From IMG/VR virus record IMGVR_UViG_3300042343_001542: DNA of 64,000 nucleotides. One strand, written 5' to 3'. Source of the DNA: an uncultured virus (IMG/VR IMGVR_UViG_3300042343_001542) (Duplodnaviria > Heunggongvirae > Uroviricota > Caudoviricetes). The position numbers were made by a program, and so were the translations under genes. Shown here piece after piece: positions 7,585 through 17,482 of this stretch. Every line of letters begins with the position of its first letter. The first letter of the stretch is position 1. Below the pieces are notes generated by a model that did not search any database, had not been told where the DNA came from, and saw nothing but the letters and a program-made list of their open reading frames with translations.

Positions 7585-7825
7585 TTTTTTTAAAATAAGT
7601 AGCAAATGTACGTAGATCTACGTATTTACTTTCAAGAGGTATGGGGTAGAATTTGTTCTTATAGAGACAAATAAGAAATTAAATGATCTCTATAACTACT
7701 AACTCTCCTTTACTTTTTGGAGACATAAAAAAGTAGTAGAATTAGAATAACAAAAATGGAGAGAAGACCGAATATGGAAGTTCAAAGAAATAAAGTTATT
7801 AACAATTAATTTGGACGTAAAACAT

Positions 7826-8002
7826 ATGATAAATTTCACTTTTGAAAATGACTATTTTGAACTAAACGAAGAAAACTTAATGGAAATGGCAGACGATATG
7901 GCAGCTGCTGCAACAACCTTTAATAATCTAGGATATGAAAATTTCATTGAATCTAGGGAAAAATTTAAAGAGGCGTTGCACAAATTTGCAACGAAAAGAT
8001 AA
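7826..8002 (+). CDS. Hypothetical protein
   Basis: Acidic ORF followed by a terminator hairpin. Confidence 0.6.
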   Translation: MINFTFENDYFELNEENLMEMADDMAAAATTFNNLGYENFIESREKFKEALHKFATKR

Positions 8003-8010
8003 TAAAAATA

Positions 8011-8035
8011 AAAAGGGGTCTAAACGGACCCCTTT
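8011..8035 (+). terminator. Intrinsic terminator
   Basis: AAAGGGGTC/GACCCCTTT stem. Confidence 0.7.
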
Positions 8036-8061
8036 ACTTTTTCTTGGCATAGGCTTAGAAT
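8033..8061 (+). promoter_or_regulatory. Early promoter TTTACT-N17-TAGAAT
   Basis: Exact spacing, upstream of the hydrolase gene. Confidence 0.7.
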
Positions 8062-8094
8062 TTACCTTCCTTAAAAATAAAAACGTTTTTCGTT

Positions 8095-8790
8095 ATGAAG
8101 ATTGTAATTGATACTGAAAACTTTACAACACCGTTCAAAAAATTGAACAATTCGATGAAAGAAACATCAAAACTCGTATGGAAGAATTCTGATGCGGGAC
8201 ATGTAGCTTTGTTTGGAGTTTCTTTAGTTTTGTGCGGGTATATTATTTCTAGTAAAATTGATAATTACCTCAATAGAAATAGTAATAGAGGTACTGTGGA
8301 CGTTACTCTAGAAAAGCCCGATACGGAGTACAAATTAAACGTTAAACCGCCAAAAACCAAATACTCTCAATTATATAATACCGGGGAGAAAATTTCTTTA
8401 TCAAATAAAGAATTTGATTGTCTCGCAAAAAATATTTATTGGGAAACTTCATTTGAACCGCTATTGGGACAAATGGCAGTCGCTAATGTAACTTATAATA
8501 GGGTTTTGTCTGGTAAATGGGGTGATACGTTTTGTGATGTAGTATATGCCCCAAAACAATTTTCTTGGACGAACCGCAAAAAACTTAGAAACGCAAACCC
8601 CAAAAATAAAGCTCAATGGGAAAGAGCAAAACATTCAGCAAACCTTTTTACAAAGGGAGTTAGAGTAACAACTTTGGATAAATCGCAATTTTATTTTGCG
8701 CAATATATTAAAGCGCCAAAATGGAGTAAAAGTATGTCAAAACAAGCGCACATTGGACAACACATCTTTTTTGCACAAAACGGAGACTAA
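8095..8790 (+). CDS. SleB-like cell wall hydrolase with N-terminal membrane anchor
   Basis: CLA.NIY.E...GQ.AVANV..NRV...C.VVY...QFSW...IG.HIF. Confidence 0.9.
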   Translation: MKIVIDTENFTTPFKKLNNSMKETSKLVWKNSDAGHVALFGVSLVLCGYIISSKIDNYLNRNSNRGTVDVTLEKPDTEYKLNVKPPKTKYSQLYNTGEKISLSNKEFDCLAKNIYWETSFEPLLGQMAVANVTYNRVLSGKWGDTFCDVVYAPKQFSWTNRKKLRNANPKNKAQWERAKHSANLFTKGVRVTTLDKSQFYFAQYIKAPKWSKSMSKQAHIGQHIFFAQNGD

Positions 8791-8791
8791 T

Positions 8792-8980
8792 ATGAAAGGC
8801 GGAAAGGTAGCAAACCTTGTTGATTGGGATAATGAGGAAAATTACGATGAACTTCTCGAAAGAGAAAGAGAATACAGAGAACAAATCAAAGTTCGGAAAG
8901 CATTTAAGAGATTTGCTGAACCAACAAATCCTAAGAAAGGAAAGGTACAATATTCCAGAACAACTACAAGAGGAATTTAA
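8792..8980 (+). CDS. Hypothetical protein
   Basis: GGAG RBS, ATG directly after the hydrolase stop. Confidence 0.5.
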   Translation: MKGGKVANLVDWDNEENYDELLEREREYREQIKVRKAFKRFAEPTNPKKGKVQYSRTTTRGI

Positions 8981-9094
8981 TTTTCTTCTTAAAAAAATAG
9001 AAAAAGCAAAAGATGCACCAAATTTCGAACTATATGATGGTTGTATTGTGGTTCTGAAAACCAACTACGGAAAATATTACAAAAAATGAGACGC

Positions 9095-9123
9095 TTTACT
9101 TCCTGTTGCGATAAGGGTAAAAT
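9095..9123 (+). promoter_or_regulatory. Early promoter TTTACT-N17-TAAAAT
   Basis: Consensus match upstream of ORF 9173. Confidence 0.65.
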
Positions 9124-9172
9124 TATCTTGAAGTTGGGAATTTTAACCTTATTTTTTCACTCGGAGACTGCA

Positions 9173-9346
9173 ATGAGCGACAAATATTTTTCAAAGGTGT
9201 ACCGTGGCTTTCTGATTCAACAAACCAGCAAAGGTTACGTTGTCCCTATGCTTCCTAATTGGAGCAAGGGACCAGTACCACAAGGTCCGTTTTCAACGTT
9301 CGGGATTGCAGAACACATTATTGATAGGGTATTAAACAATGGATGA
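9173..9346 (+). CDS. Hypothetical protein
   Basis: GGAG RBS then MSDKYFSKVYRG. Confidence 0.6.
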   Translation: MSDKYFSKVYRGFLIQQTSKGYVVPMLPNWSKGPVPQGPFSTFGIAEHIIDRVLNNG

Positions 9347-9578
9347 ACTATATACAGCATTAAAGAACGATTTGGTAGAAATAGTATTTACTAAATCTGA
9401 TGGTAGCACTAGGGTAATGACTGCCACTTTACAAGAATCCCTATTACCAGAAAGGTCAGAAACAACCGCCACCAGCAAAAAGGTAAATCAAAACGTTACT
9501 GCTGTATGGTCTATAGAAGATGAAGGTTGGCGGGCGTTTAAAAACGATTCAATCATTTCTTGGAAAACAATTAGTTGA
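9339..9578 (+). CDS. WYL_2/SH3-like beta-barrel protein
   Basis: V.I.FTK.DGS.R.M.ATL...VW......WR.F pattern common in T4-like phages. Confidence 0.75.
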   Translation: MDELYTALKNDLVEIVFTKSDGSTRVMTATLQESLLPERSETTATSKKVNQNVTAVWSIEDEGWRAFKNDSIISWKTIS

Positions 9579-9579
9579 T

Positions 9580-9756
9580 ATGAAGTTTGGGATCTTTTTC
9601 GGTTTAATTCTTGGAGTTTGGTTTGGTTGGTTTTTCGCGATCAATTATACAATTTCTGTAATAGAAAGGAAACAAGGAGTTATGACCGTCGAAGATTGGT
9701 CAAGAATGAGAGAACTAACCCTACAACTAAGAAAAGATAAAATGTTATTTTTCTGA
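9580..9756 (+). CDS. Small membrane protein
   Basis: N-terminal hydrophobic helix. Confidence 0.55.
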   Translation: MKFGIFFGLILGVWFGWFFAINYTISVIERKQGVMTVEDWSRMRELTLQLRKDKMLFF

Positions 9757-9999
9757 CTTTGTAGAATTAATGATCGTTTCTAATTCAGAGATGTAGTTTT
9801 TTATGGCTACATCTCTTTTTAGTAAAGCCCATTTAGTTTCATCATCAACACAAACCAAACTATCCGATCTAACTTTTTGTAATTCTGGTTTAGGGGGTAA
9901 ATTAAGAGGAGTAGTCACATAAACAACCCGTTCGGAAGGTTTTGGGGCGCACCCGGTTAATAACAATACAAGTATAATATATTTACCAATTCTCATCAT
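9745..9999 (-). CDS. Lipoprotein, o-spanin-like
   Basis: Lipobox LLTGC, Pro-rich segment, helical C-terminus; overlaps the upstream gene. Confidence 0.6.
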   Translation of the reverse strand: MMRIGKYIILVLLLTGCAPKPSERVVYVTTPLNLPPKPELQKVRSDSLVCVDDETKWALLKRDVAIKNYISELETIINSTKSEK

Positions 10000-10180
10000 T
10001 GAAAAAATCTTCCTTTTTTGGTTTTTTAACGGTTTGTTTCTTACGTTCTTTTAGGTTTTTTTCAACCTTTTCTTTTTGTTCTATTTGAACCTTTTCTACT
10101 TCTTGTTTTTCTACTTTAGACGTTTTTCTTTGTTCTAGAAATTCGTAGATAATTTCAAGAAGCTTCCTTAGAATTTCCAT
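9983..10180 (-). CDS. Charged coiled-coil protein in the putative lysis cassette
   Basis: Overlaps both neighbours. Confidence 0.55.
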   Translation of the reverse strand: MEILRKLLEIIYEFLEQRKTSKVEKQEVEKVQIEQKEKVEKNLKERKKQTVKKPKKEDFFNDENW

Positions 10181-10436
10181 TTTCACCACCCCAGGCAATA
10201 GGTTCTTTAGTGACAAATCTGAGACATATATTAATCAGAGATAATATTTGTAACTGTAAATCTGGGTCAATAAGAAATCCATACCGCTTTTCTAAAGCAA
10301 AACACAAAAATGCAATTAAATTAACCCAGATAGTTTTAGAAAAAATTATTCTTTTAACCACAACTTCGGGAGATTCTTCAACAATAACGGTTTCTTCTAC
10401 TTTTATAGATTTTTTATTTGAGGGTTTGTTTGCCAT
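10155..10436 (-). CDS. Holin-like membrane protein
   Basis: SKTIWVN motif, two hydrophobic segments, IN..LR.VT..P ending. Confidence 0.55.
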   Translation of the reverse strand: MANKPSNKKSIKVEETVIVEESPEVVVKRIIFSKTIWVNLIAFLCFALEKRYGFLIDPDLQLQILSLINICLRFVTKEPIAWGGENGNSKEAS

Positions 10437-10447
10437 TATAGTTTCCC

Positions 10448-10696
10448 TTATTTTTTGTCTGCTTGTGTTCGTAACCATGCAACAGCCAGTTCTATTCCAA
10501 GATTAATTAAATAACTCGCGGCGCTAATTCCTATAATTCTTAACTCATTAACAACAGCATCACGTTTTTCCGAACCAGGAATATCGTCTCCATCAACCCT
10601 AAGTACAGTCGCTTTAATGCGGTCAAATAAAGAAGAACCTAAAACGATTTTTGCAAAACTTGATATAATAGTAGATTTTAACGACATATCATTCAC
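10448..10696 (-). CDS. Hypothetical protein
   Basis: First gene after the minus-strand late promoter at 10712-10719. Confidence 0.6.
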   Translation of the reverse strand: MNDMSLKSTIISSFAKIVLGSSLFDRIKATVLRVDGDDIPGSEKRDAVVNELRIIGISAASYLINLGIELAVAWLRTQADKK

Positions 10697-10711
10697 CTCT
10701 CTAAATGAGAG

Positions 10712-10745
10712 TATTTATAATTAAATAGTTCTTAGCGTATAAATA
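10712..10745. promoter_or_regulatory. Back-to-back late promoters
   Basis: TATTTATA 10712-10719 (minus) and TATAAATA 10738-10745 (plus) between divergent genes. Confidence 0.75.
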
Positions 10746-10778
10746 GTAAAAACTCTCCCCAACATTATAGGAATTTAT

Positions 10779-10994
10779 ATGGAAATATTGTCTTGGTTTT
10801 TGGTTATCACTGTTGCAAATTCTGACGAATTGTTGGTTAAAGAAATGAAATCAAAAGAAGAATGTATTAAGGTTCAAAAGCAATTCGCTAAAAAGGCACA
10901 AAAGAAAATAAGGCAAATACAAGACGTTACTTGTGAATATGGTACTATAACAAACCCTATCCCAGCAAACGCTCCAAAAGAAGAATACCTTTAA
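10779..10994 (+). CDS. Hypothetical protein
   Basis: AGGA RBS, downstream of a late promoter. Confidence 0.6.
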   Translation: MEILSWFLVITVANSDELLVKEMKSKEECIKVQKQFAKKAQKKIRQIQDVTCEYGTITNPIPANAPKEEYL

Positions 10995-11201
10995 TAAATA
11001 CATGAAACGTTTGGTAATTGAAGCATTAATTTTTATTGCAATATTACTCAGTTCTGCGATAATATTAAAAATTAAAGGATAATATGGGAAAAACTGCAAC
11101 CAATCCGATTACTGGAGATAAAATCCAGACAAAAACAAGTTCAAAAAAATATTATGATAACTATGACTCAATTTTTAGAAAAGACAAGGAATTAAAAAAT
11201 A

Positions 11202-11615
11202 ATGAAACTCCTACTAGCACTACTAATATTTCTTCCAATCAATAGTTATTCAGAAGAACAAATTAAAATTTTGAGAATTATAGATGCAGATACGATTTTA
11301 GTATCCGCTCCATTCATGCCCGCACCATTAAAAAAACAAATGCCAATGAGATTATCTAATGTAGATACTCCAAACATAAACCGTTGGGCAAATTGTGGTA
11401 GCGAAGCAATACTTGGAGAAGAAGCAAAGAAATACGTTGAAAGTTTAATTAAGAAAAGTAAAAAGCAACAAGTAAAGATTGTTGGTTACGATAAGTATGG
11501 TAGATGGTTGGGGCAAATTTATCTTGATGGTAAAAGTATATCAGATTCCTTAATAGAAAAGAAATTCGCTAGACCTTATTATGGCGGTAAAAAGCAATCT
11601 TGGTGCAATAAATGA
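11202..11615 (+). CDS. Thermonuclease (SNase-like), with signal peptide
   Basis: RIIDADT...RL..VDTP...DKYGR.LG.IY.DG. Confidence 0.88.
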   Translation: MKLLLALLIFLPINSYSEEQIKILRIIDADTILVSAPFMPAPLKKQMPMRLSNVDTPNINRWANCGSEAILGEEAKKYVESLIKKSKKQQVKIVGYDKYGRWLGQIYLDGKSISDSLIEKKFARPYYGGKKQSWCNK

Positions 11616-12154
11616 AACAATTTAAAGAACATTTATCAGAAAATATAATTTCAGAAGCGTTCCAATATCATTTAGAAAATAACATCCCTTTCGACGATTG
11701 CGTTTTTAGGTATGGATCAGAAATGTATTTTGAATTTATTCATACTCTGAGAGAATATTATAATAAGAATTTACTCGAAGGCTATAACTATTCTGAATAC
11801 GAATTAGAGTTAATTAATTCCGATTTGGGCGAATTTGCGATGTATGAAAATGAAATGGTTCCGTTAGATTTAATTATTGAAGAAGAAACTCCAGAATTAA
11901 ATAAACCGAAAAGGGGCGGACCTAAGAAATTTTATGTTCACGTAAGAGACCCAAAGTCAGGGAATATTAAGAAGGTTGCTTTTGGTGATACTACTGGATT
12001 GACTGTCAAGTACGATAACCCAGAAAGGAAAAAGGCATTTGCTGCAAGACATAATTGCTCAGATAAAACAGATAAGACTTCTCCTGGGTATTGGGCGTGT
12101 AGGGTGAATAAGTATATGGCAAAAACGCCAGCAGGTAGAAGTGGATATTGGTGA
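11612..12154 (+). CDS. Conserved T4-like phage protein, putative head-packaged
   Basis: MKQFKEHLSE N-terminus; KKFYV.V...KKV.FG...F.ARH.C...GYW.C domain. Confidence 0.65.
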   Translation: MKQFKEHLSENIISEAFQYHLENNIPFDDCVFRYGSEMYFEFIHTLREYYNKNLLEGYNYSEYELELINSDLGEFAMYENEMVPLDLIIEEETPELNKPKRGGPKKFYVHVRDPKSGNIKKVAFGDTTGLTVKYDNPERKKAFAARHNCSDKTDKTSPGYWACRVNKYMAKTPAGRSGYW

Positions 12155-12155
12155 T

Positions 12156-12419
12156 ATGCTACCATATATTGATGAAGAACAACCAGATCACACTCTAAGA
12201 ATATTTGATTCTACATTTGATTCCAACGATTTCTATTGGCACAAAGATAAAAAAGATAGGTTAATAACAGCTGTTTCTGGAGAAGATTGGGAATTACAAA
12301 TTGATAATCAACTCCCAATAAAATTAGAAATAGATAAAGTATATCCTGTCCAAAAAGAAACTTGGCACAGAATAATTAAAGGCGAAGGAGATTTAATCTT
12401 AAAGATTAAAGAATACTAA
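12156..12419 (+). CDS. Cupin-like protein
   Basis: WH.D..DR ... WHRIIKG.G.L. Confidence 0.6.
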   Translation: MLPYIDEEQPDHTLRIFDSTFDSNDFYWHKDKKDRLITAVSGEDWELQIDNQLPIKLEIDKVYPVQKETWHRIIKGEGDLILKIKEY

Positions 12420-12736
12420 AGGTTTTTATAAAATTCAGATAGTTTTTGTAATTCTTCTTTTGAAGCATTACTTTTAAGTTTATTCGCCTTTAAAGAAATT
12501 ACAATAATATTATCTATTTCATATCCCTTTGTAGAATCTATTCTATCTATAGAAATAGAATTATCTTCTGCTTTATTCCTATTAAATTTAATAGGAATTC
12601 CTAAAATAGGACATGTAATAGGATAGGTTAGATTATTAAGGTCTGTTATGGATAGGTTAAAAGGTATTCCGCGAGATTTAGCAGAACCTTTTAACCTATT
12701 ATAGATAGTTTTTATTTCGGGAGTATATCCAATCAC
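12416..12736 (-). CDS. HNH-like endonuclease
   Basis: CPILG...SIDRIDS.KGY..DNI.VIS..AN..KS. Confidence 0.8.
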   Translation of the reverse strand: MIGYTPEIKTIYNRLKGSAKSRGIPFNLSITDLNNLTYPITCPILGIPIKFNRNKAEDNSISIDRIDSTKGYEIDNIIVISLKANKLKSNASKEELQKLSEFYKNL

Positions 12737-12906
12737 TTTTTATCAGGTTTCTGATAATCTTCCAGTTTCTGATTGCTTCCCTGCCTTTGCGGTTTCTTAT
12801 TAAGAAAAGAAGCTGTTCTGGCTATTTCTTCAGCCATCTTCTTTTTGTCTTCTTCGTTTGGAATGTATCTGTTAGTCATATATTAAAGTCATTAAAATAT
12901 TATATA

Positions 12907-14076
12907 TTAAAATTTCTTATACCCCATTTTCGCAAGAGCATCATCCCTTTCTTTGGTTCCCTGTGGAGGAAGTTTAACGCCAGTTATTTGTTTTGATGAT
13001 GCTTGTTTCCAATCTTGTGGTTTAACATAATCAACATTTTTTGCTTTTTGTAACGGTATGTCTAATCCAGTATTTTTGTGCGGCATTGCAAGGGAATCTA
13101 CCTTACCCCTGGAAACGTTTACTGTTCTTAATTCTCCGCTTGGACCTTTTGAAACTCCAGCGGTAACAAAACCTCCATCTTTATTTGGATCAACATTTGG
13201 ATCAACAGCAGCAAAGGGTTTGGATGCTGCATTTGGTCCTCCTCCCGCAGGAGGACCAGCAAATGGGGGTTTTCCTCCGCCAGGAGGTTTTCCACCAATA
13301 CCACCTTTTGGTGGAGGTGGCGCAACTTGCGCTTTTGTTTTAGTATCAGTTTTTGTTTTAGTATCAGTTTTTGTTTGTGTGTTTTGTTTTAATTCTTGCG
13401 CCCTTTTTTCTCTTTGATCTCTATCAAATTTTAGTTTTTTAATTCTTTCCAAAGAAGTTGATGTTTGTTTTTTTGTTTCTGGTTCAACATCAATTGTTTT
13501 TCCCGTTTTGGGTTTCGTCGAAACCCCAGTTCCTGTTTTTTGTTTTGGAATATAATCCCCTTCTAACGGTTTGTTATTTTGTAAATATCTTGTTCTTTGT
13601 TTTGGTCCCATAGAAGAAGTTGGATTTGCTTCTCTATGTTTTTGCATTTGTTTTTGATATTCTGGATCTTCTTCCGCATTACCCAATTCGCTTGGAGTGA
13701 GCGTTAAAGAAGCGATATTTGCTACTCTTCCTATTTTTGATAATTTATCCAAAACTCCTGACGTTTTTGTTTTTGGAACAACTCTCGTCGAAGAGGAAGT
13801 TGTTGTTTTCGGTTCTGTTACAGAACCGTTTTGTGGTTTCGGAGCAGTTTGGTTTGTTGTTGCTGGAAGATTAGTTGTTTGTGGTGGAGAAACTGTTTGC
13901 GTTGGTAGATTTTGCGGTCTAGAAGAAACAGCAGGCAAGTTTGCAGATGAAGACCCAGCACCAATAGATTGACCCATTTGCTGGGCAAGTCTATCCATTG
14001 AAGCAGAAGAAACCTTTGCCTTTACCTTTCTTGAAGATTCTTCTATTTGTTGCTTAAATTCTTTGTACGATTTCAT
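12907..14076 (-). CDS. Low-complexity K/T/P/G-rich protein, putative internal head protein
   Basis: MKSYKEFKQQIEE N-terminus; disorder-prone composition. Confidence 0.65.
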   Translation of the reverse strand: MKSYKEFKQQIEESSRKVKAKVSSASMDRLAQQMGQSIGAGSSSANLPAVSSRPQNLPTQTVSPPQTTNLPATTNQTAPKPQNGSVTEPKTTTSSSTRVVPKTKTSGVLDKLSKIGRVANIASLTLTPSELGNAEEDPEYQKQMQKHREANPTSSMGPKQRTRYLQNNKPLEGDYIPKQKTGTGVSTKPKTGKTIDVEPETKKQTSTSLERIKKLKFDRDQREKRAQELKQNTQTKTDTKTKTDTKTKAQVAPPPPKGGIGGKPPGGGKPPFAGPPAGGGPNAASKPFAAVDPNVDPNKDGGFVTAGVSKGPSGELRTVNVSRGKVDSLAMPHKNTGLDIPLQKAKNVDYVKPQDWKQASSKQITGVKLPPQGTKERDDALAKMGYKKF

Positions 14077-14088
14077 TTTTTATAACCC

Positions 14089-15015
14089 TTACAGTTGAGG
14101 TCCAGAACCGGAAAACGAACCAGAAAACTTTCCAGCAGCGGATTTCATTTTTCCGGTTTCTTTTGCTGCTGATGCGGTTGCATCTTTCATCTTTGCAGCG
14201 CTTGCTCTTAAATCTGCCATAAAAGCATCATTTGAAGAACTAGAGGTTTTCTGTTTTGGTTGACCGGAAGGTATGGTCTTCTTAACGACAGGTTGTGGTT
14301 TAGTCTGCATTCTTTCTTTTGATGCAGACCCAGAAGAAGGTACTGAATTCTTTCCAATATTTCTTATTTCTGAGGTTTGTTGTTGCTTTTGTTCTGGTCT
14401 TCCCAAAGCGGCGTTTAGTTTATCACCAGAAGTATCAAGTTTTTTATCAAAACTTGTATTTTTATTTAATTGAGATTTTTCTTGTTTTCTCTTCTCTAAT
14501 TCTGCTGGAGTTACCGCTCTATTGACACTTTTTAAATTCTTTTCTGCTTTCTGTTGCGCTAATTGTCCGAATGCATTAGAAACCCCTCCAGAAATACCAC
14601 CTAATATCCCGCTCGCCATTGCATTTTTGGGTTTTCCAGTAAGAGCGCCATAACCCACCCCAGTTGCAGCACCTTTCTCTACGCTCTTTCTAAGGGAAGA
14701 AAACCTATCAGAAAGTTTTGCATTACCAGGAACATTTGTTCCGCTTTTAAATTCGCTAGAACCAGAAACCATTGATGCAACAGGAGCAACTCCTCTTGCA
14801 ACGGTTTGCGCAGACCTTAATGCAGAAGACTTTCCAGCAACAGAAGAAGTTGGTCCAGACAATCTCAATTGAGAATTTCTTGCTTTTGGTAATGCCATTT
14901 TTGCTGATCTTCTTTGACTCAATTTCATTCTAGCAGGAGTATCAACAGAACTACCAATAACAGAAACATTACTTGCTTCTGTAATTTCTTTTCTTAATTC
15001 TTTAAACGTTTTCAT
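14089..15015 (-). CDS. Low-complexity S/K/A/G-rich protein, putative internal head protein
   Basis: MKTFKELRKEITE N-terminus; late promoter at 15046-15053. Confidence 0.65.
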   Translation of the reverse strand: MKTFKELRKEITEASNVSVIGSSVDTPARMKLSQRRSAKMALPKARNSQLRLSGPTSSVAGKSSALRSAQTVARGVAPVASMVSGSSEFKSGTNVPGNAKLSDRFSSLRKSVEKGAATGVGYGALTGKPKNAMASGILGGISGGVSNAFGQLAQQKAEKNLKSVNRAVTPAELEKRKQEKSQLNKNTSFDKKLDTSGDKLNAALGRPEQKQQQTSEIRNIGKNSVPSSGSASKERMQTKPQPVVKKTIPSGQPKQKTSSSSNDAFMADLRASAAKMKDATASAAKETGKMKSAAGKFSGSFSGSGPQL

Positions 15016-15045
15016 TCCAGAAATACCTTATTGTTTTGATTAAAG

Positions 15046-15067
15046 TATTTATAAAAAAATATAAATA
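15046..15067. promoter_or_regulatory. Back-to-back late promoters
   Basis: TATTTATA 15046-15053 and TATAAATA 15060-15067. Confidence 0.75.
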
Positions 15068-15118
15068 AACCAAGAGGAACAAATTCCTTCTTGTTTATTA
15101 TTTTTATTGGAGAAAACT

Positions 15119-15283
15119 ATGATTAATCTAAACCTTGAAATTGCTGAAGTGAATGGCGTATTAACTGCACTAGGACAAATGCCCTACGCACAAGTAACAG
15201 AACTTGTTGAGAAAATTAAACAACAAGCAATCCCACAAGTTCAAGCACAACAACAAGAAGTTTCAGAAAATAACGAAGAGTAA
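15119..15283 (+). CDS. Small protein preceding the adhesin (54 aa)
   Basis: GGAG RBS; MINLNLEIAEVNGVLTALGQMPYAQV...; absent from the ORF track. Confidence 0.7.
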   Translation: MINLNLEIAEVNGVLTALGQMPYAQVTELVEKIKQQAIPQVQAQQQEVSENNEE

Positions 15284-15286
15284 GAA

Positions 15287-16219
15287 ATGACTACAAATTT
15301 AACAGCTATTTTAGGCGGTTCATCTGGTGGATCGTGGAAATCACAGACATTTACTACTTCGGGAACATGGGTAAAACCAGAAGGCGTTGAGGTGGTAAAA
15401 GTCGTCATGGCTGGTGGCGGTGGGGGCGGCGGTTATTGGGATTCTCCCGGTGGAAGTGGAGGAAACTCAATTTTCTATGCTCCAATACCTATTTATGCTT
15501 CTGGCGGTTTTGGTGCTCTAAGAGCAGATTTCTCTGCATGGAACGAAAATATTATAAATGGTTGGGGCGGTAATGGTGGTGGCGTATCTGGGGGAGAAGT
15601 TCTTTTGCTTCACACATCCGGAATTATTCTCGGTAGCCCTCCACAAGTAATAACAAACACAAATTCTGGTAAATCCTATACAACCAATAACGGAACGAGA
15701 GTTAAAACTCATGGAGGCGCAGGTATGCCGTCCGGAAATTCTATCTCTGGTGCTGGTGGAGCCGCTGGTTCAAGACGTGGTGGAGCAATTCCCGGTTTCG
15801 GTAATTCCGGCACATCTGGTATATGGAATATCAATGATGATGATTCTGCGGAATACGGTCCCGGTGGTGGCGGTGGCGCTTCCTTTGGTGATGGAGGAAT
15901 GGGTGTCGGAAGACCAGCACGAAACACAACACCAACACAAGCAACTCCCGGCATTTTTGGTGGTGGTGGCGGCGGTGGCGCTTATATAAGAGCTAACAGA
16001 ACCACATTTAATTTCATCGGCGGTCCAGGTGGCGGTGGCGGAGAAATCGTAATTCGTGATGTTCCCGTAAAAGACGTGGCTTCCGTTTTTGTGGCTATAG
16101 GTGCCGGTGGTGCTCCTGCCACTCAATCAGGAACGTCAAATAATACGTGGAGAGGTGGAATAACTACAGTTGCTCCTTCTGCTGGTGGTGCTGGTATTTG
16201 TCAAATTTTTTGGAGTTAA
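15287..16219 (+). CDS. Glycine-rich tail fibre/adhesin-like protein
   Basis: FTTSGTW..P.GV....V...GGGGGGG with multiple poly-Gly loops. Confidence 0.75.
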   Translation: MTTNLTAILGGSSGGSWKSQTFTTSGTWVKPEGVEVVKVVMAGGGGGGGYWDSPGGSGGNSIFYAPIPIYASGGFGALRADFSAWNENIINGWGGNGGGVSGGEVLLLHTSGIILGSPPQVITNTNSGKSYTTNNGTRVKTHGGAGMPSGNSISGAGGAAGSRRGGAIPGFGNSGTSGIWNINDDDSAEYGPGGGGGASFGDGGMGVGRPARNTTPTQATPGIFGGGGGGGAYIRANRTTFNFIGGPGGGGGEIVIRDVPVKDVASVFVAIGAGGAPATQSGTSNNTWRGGITTVAPSAGGAGICQIFWS

Positions 16220-16221
16220 TT

Positions 16222-16545
16222 ATGTATAAATTTGCAACAATTTCTAATGGAATCGTTACCAATATTATTGAATCTAATGATTATGAATCCATTAATATGC
16301 TAAAACAATATAATGAAGAAGTTATTATGGCAAACAATAGAGATGTAGAAATTGGATTTATTTGGGATGGTGATACCTTTTATAAAGACCCCCTTTTAGT
16401 AGAAAAGGAAAATAAAATCGTTGAAAAAAATTCAAATAAAATGCTTGAGGAAAAACAAACTTTATACGATCAATTGTCAGTTAAAGAAAGTTTATCTGAT
16501 GAAGAACAAGAAACTCTCGATCTATTAAAATTAGATTTGGAATAA
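16222..16545 (+). CDS. Putative tail fibre assembly protein
   Basis: A.I.NG.V.NII...IG..WDG..F; follows the adhesin. Confidence 0.55.
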   Translation: MYKFATISNGIVTNIIESNDYESINMLKQYNEEVIMANNRDVEIGFIWDGDTFYKDPLLVEKENKIVEKNSNKMLEEKQTLYDQLSVKESLSDEEQETLDLLKLDLE

Positions 16546-16546
16546 G

Positions 16547-16575
16547 AAAAAGGGGAGTTAACTCCCCTTTCTTTT
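16547..16575. terminator. Bidirectional intrinsic terminator
   Basis: AAAAGGGGAG/CTCCCCTTTT between convergent genes. Confidence 0.8.
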
Positions 16576-16668
16576 CCCTACGAATTCTCTACCGTCAATA
16601 GTTTTGGATTCCATTTCTGGAATAATTGACACATCACAGTGAATAAACATAATTACTTTTTTTTGTTT

Positions 16669-17466
16669 CTACAAAAAATTCGTATTAAAGACTTCAGAAT
16701 TTATATCGATCCTGTCTAGGTTTGGAAGTTTTCCTGTTACAATTTTCCAACTTTTATTAGGGAAATCTTTCTTCACGATTAATTGATTATCCATTTTATC
16801 GAAATTTTCATCTGACATTACAGTATTCATTTTAATCAAATTGTATCTTTCTTCAGGATCTTTTCCTCTAAATCTTATATATTGTAGAGGATCGCCTTCA
16901 TTTATTTCAATATTAAAGTCTAATATCTCAAACGTTGGTACAATAGGTCTTTGCCAATTATAGATATTAAATGATCCAGGAATCAATCGCAAGGATGGAT
17001 TATTGTGAAAATATGCCGGAAACGTTTCTATCCAAACATCTTCTACAGAGGAGAAGAATATCACATTAAGATTTTTATATTCTAATATAGGAATTCCATC
17101 ATTACTCTTTGTTATTTTTTCAGCAACCTCTTCTGAATTTCGAAGTTCTTCAACGGAATTGATACGAATGGAATGTGGGGCATTAATACTCCACATTTGG
17201 TTTACATAAGAAGTAAATGCTGGACACTTTTTTATATCAGAATTAGAATCTTGACAAACGCCTACATTTGACACATCAACATTAACAAAATCCCTTTTGC
17301 TTCTTCTATCTAAATCTTTAATATCGTCTATATTTACAACATCACCCAATTCTCTACCACTAAGAAAATTGGATATATTCTTTAATACATTAGCGGGGAT
17401 ATCCTTCCCAACAAAAACGTCTTGTTTATTTGAGGCACAATACCCAAAATAATATATATTAATCAC
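16669..17466 (-). CDS. Hypothetical protein
   Basis: 265-aa ORF with CPAF and PG..NI..W.RP...GDPL motifs. Confidence 0.7.
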   Translation of the reverse strand: MINIYYFGYCASNKQDVFVGKDIPANVLKNISNFLSGRELGDVVNIDDIKDLDRRSKRDFVNVDVSNVGVCQDSNSDIKKCPAFTSYVNQMWSINAPHSIRINSVEELRNSEEVAEKITKSNDGIPILEYKNLNVIFFSSVEDVWIETFPAYFHNNPSLRLIPGSFNIYNWQRPIVPTFEILDFNIEINEGDPLQYIRFRGKDPEERYNLIKMNTVMSDENFDKMDNQLIVKKDFPNKSWKIVTGKLPNLDRIDINSEVFNTNFL

Positions 17467-17482
17467 AATAAAAAACCAAATA

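Noticed and set aside
13058..16126. Antisense and alternative-frame ORFs over the low-complexity and Gly-rich genes
   Set aside because: Compositional shadows of the real ORFs, with no RBS or recognisable motifs.
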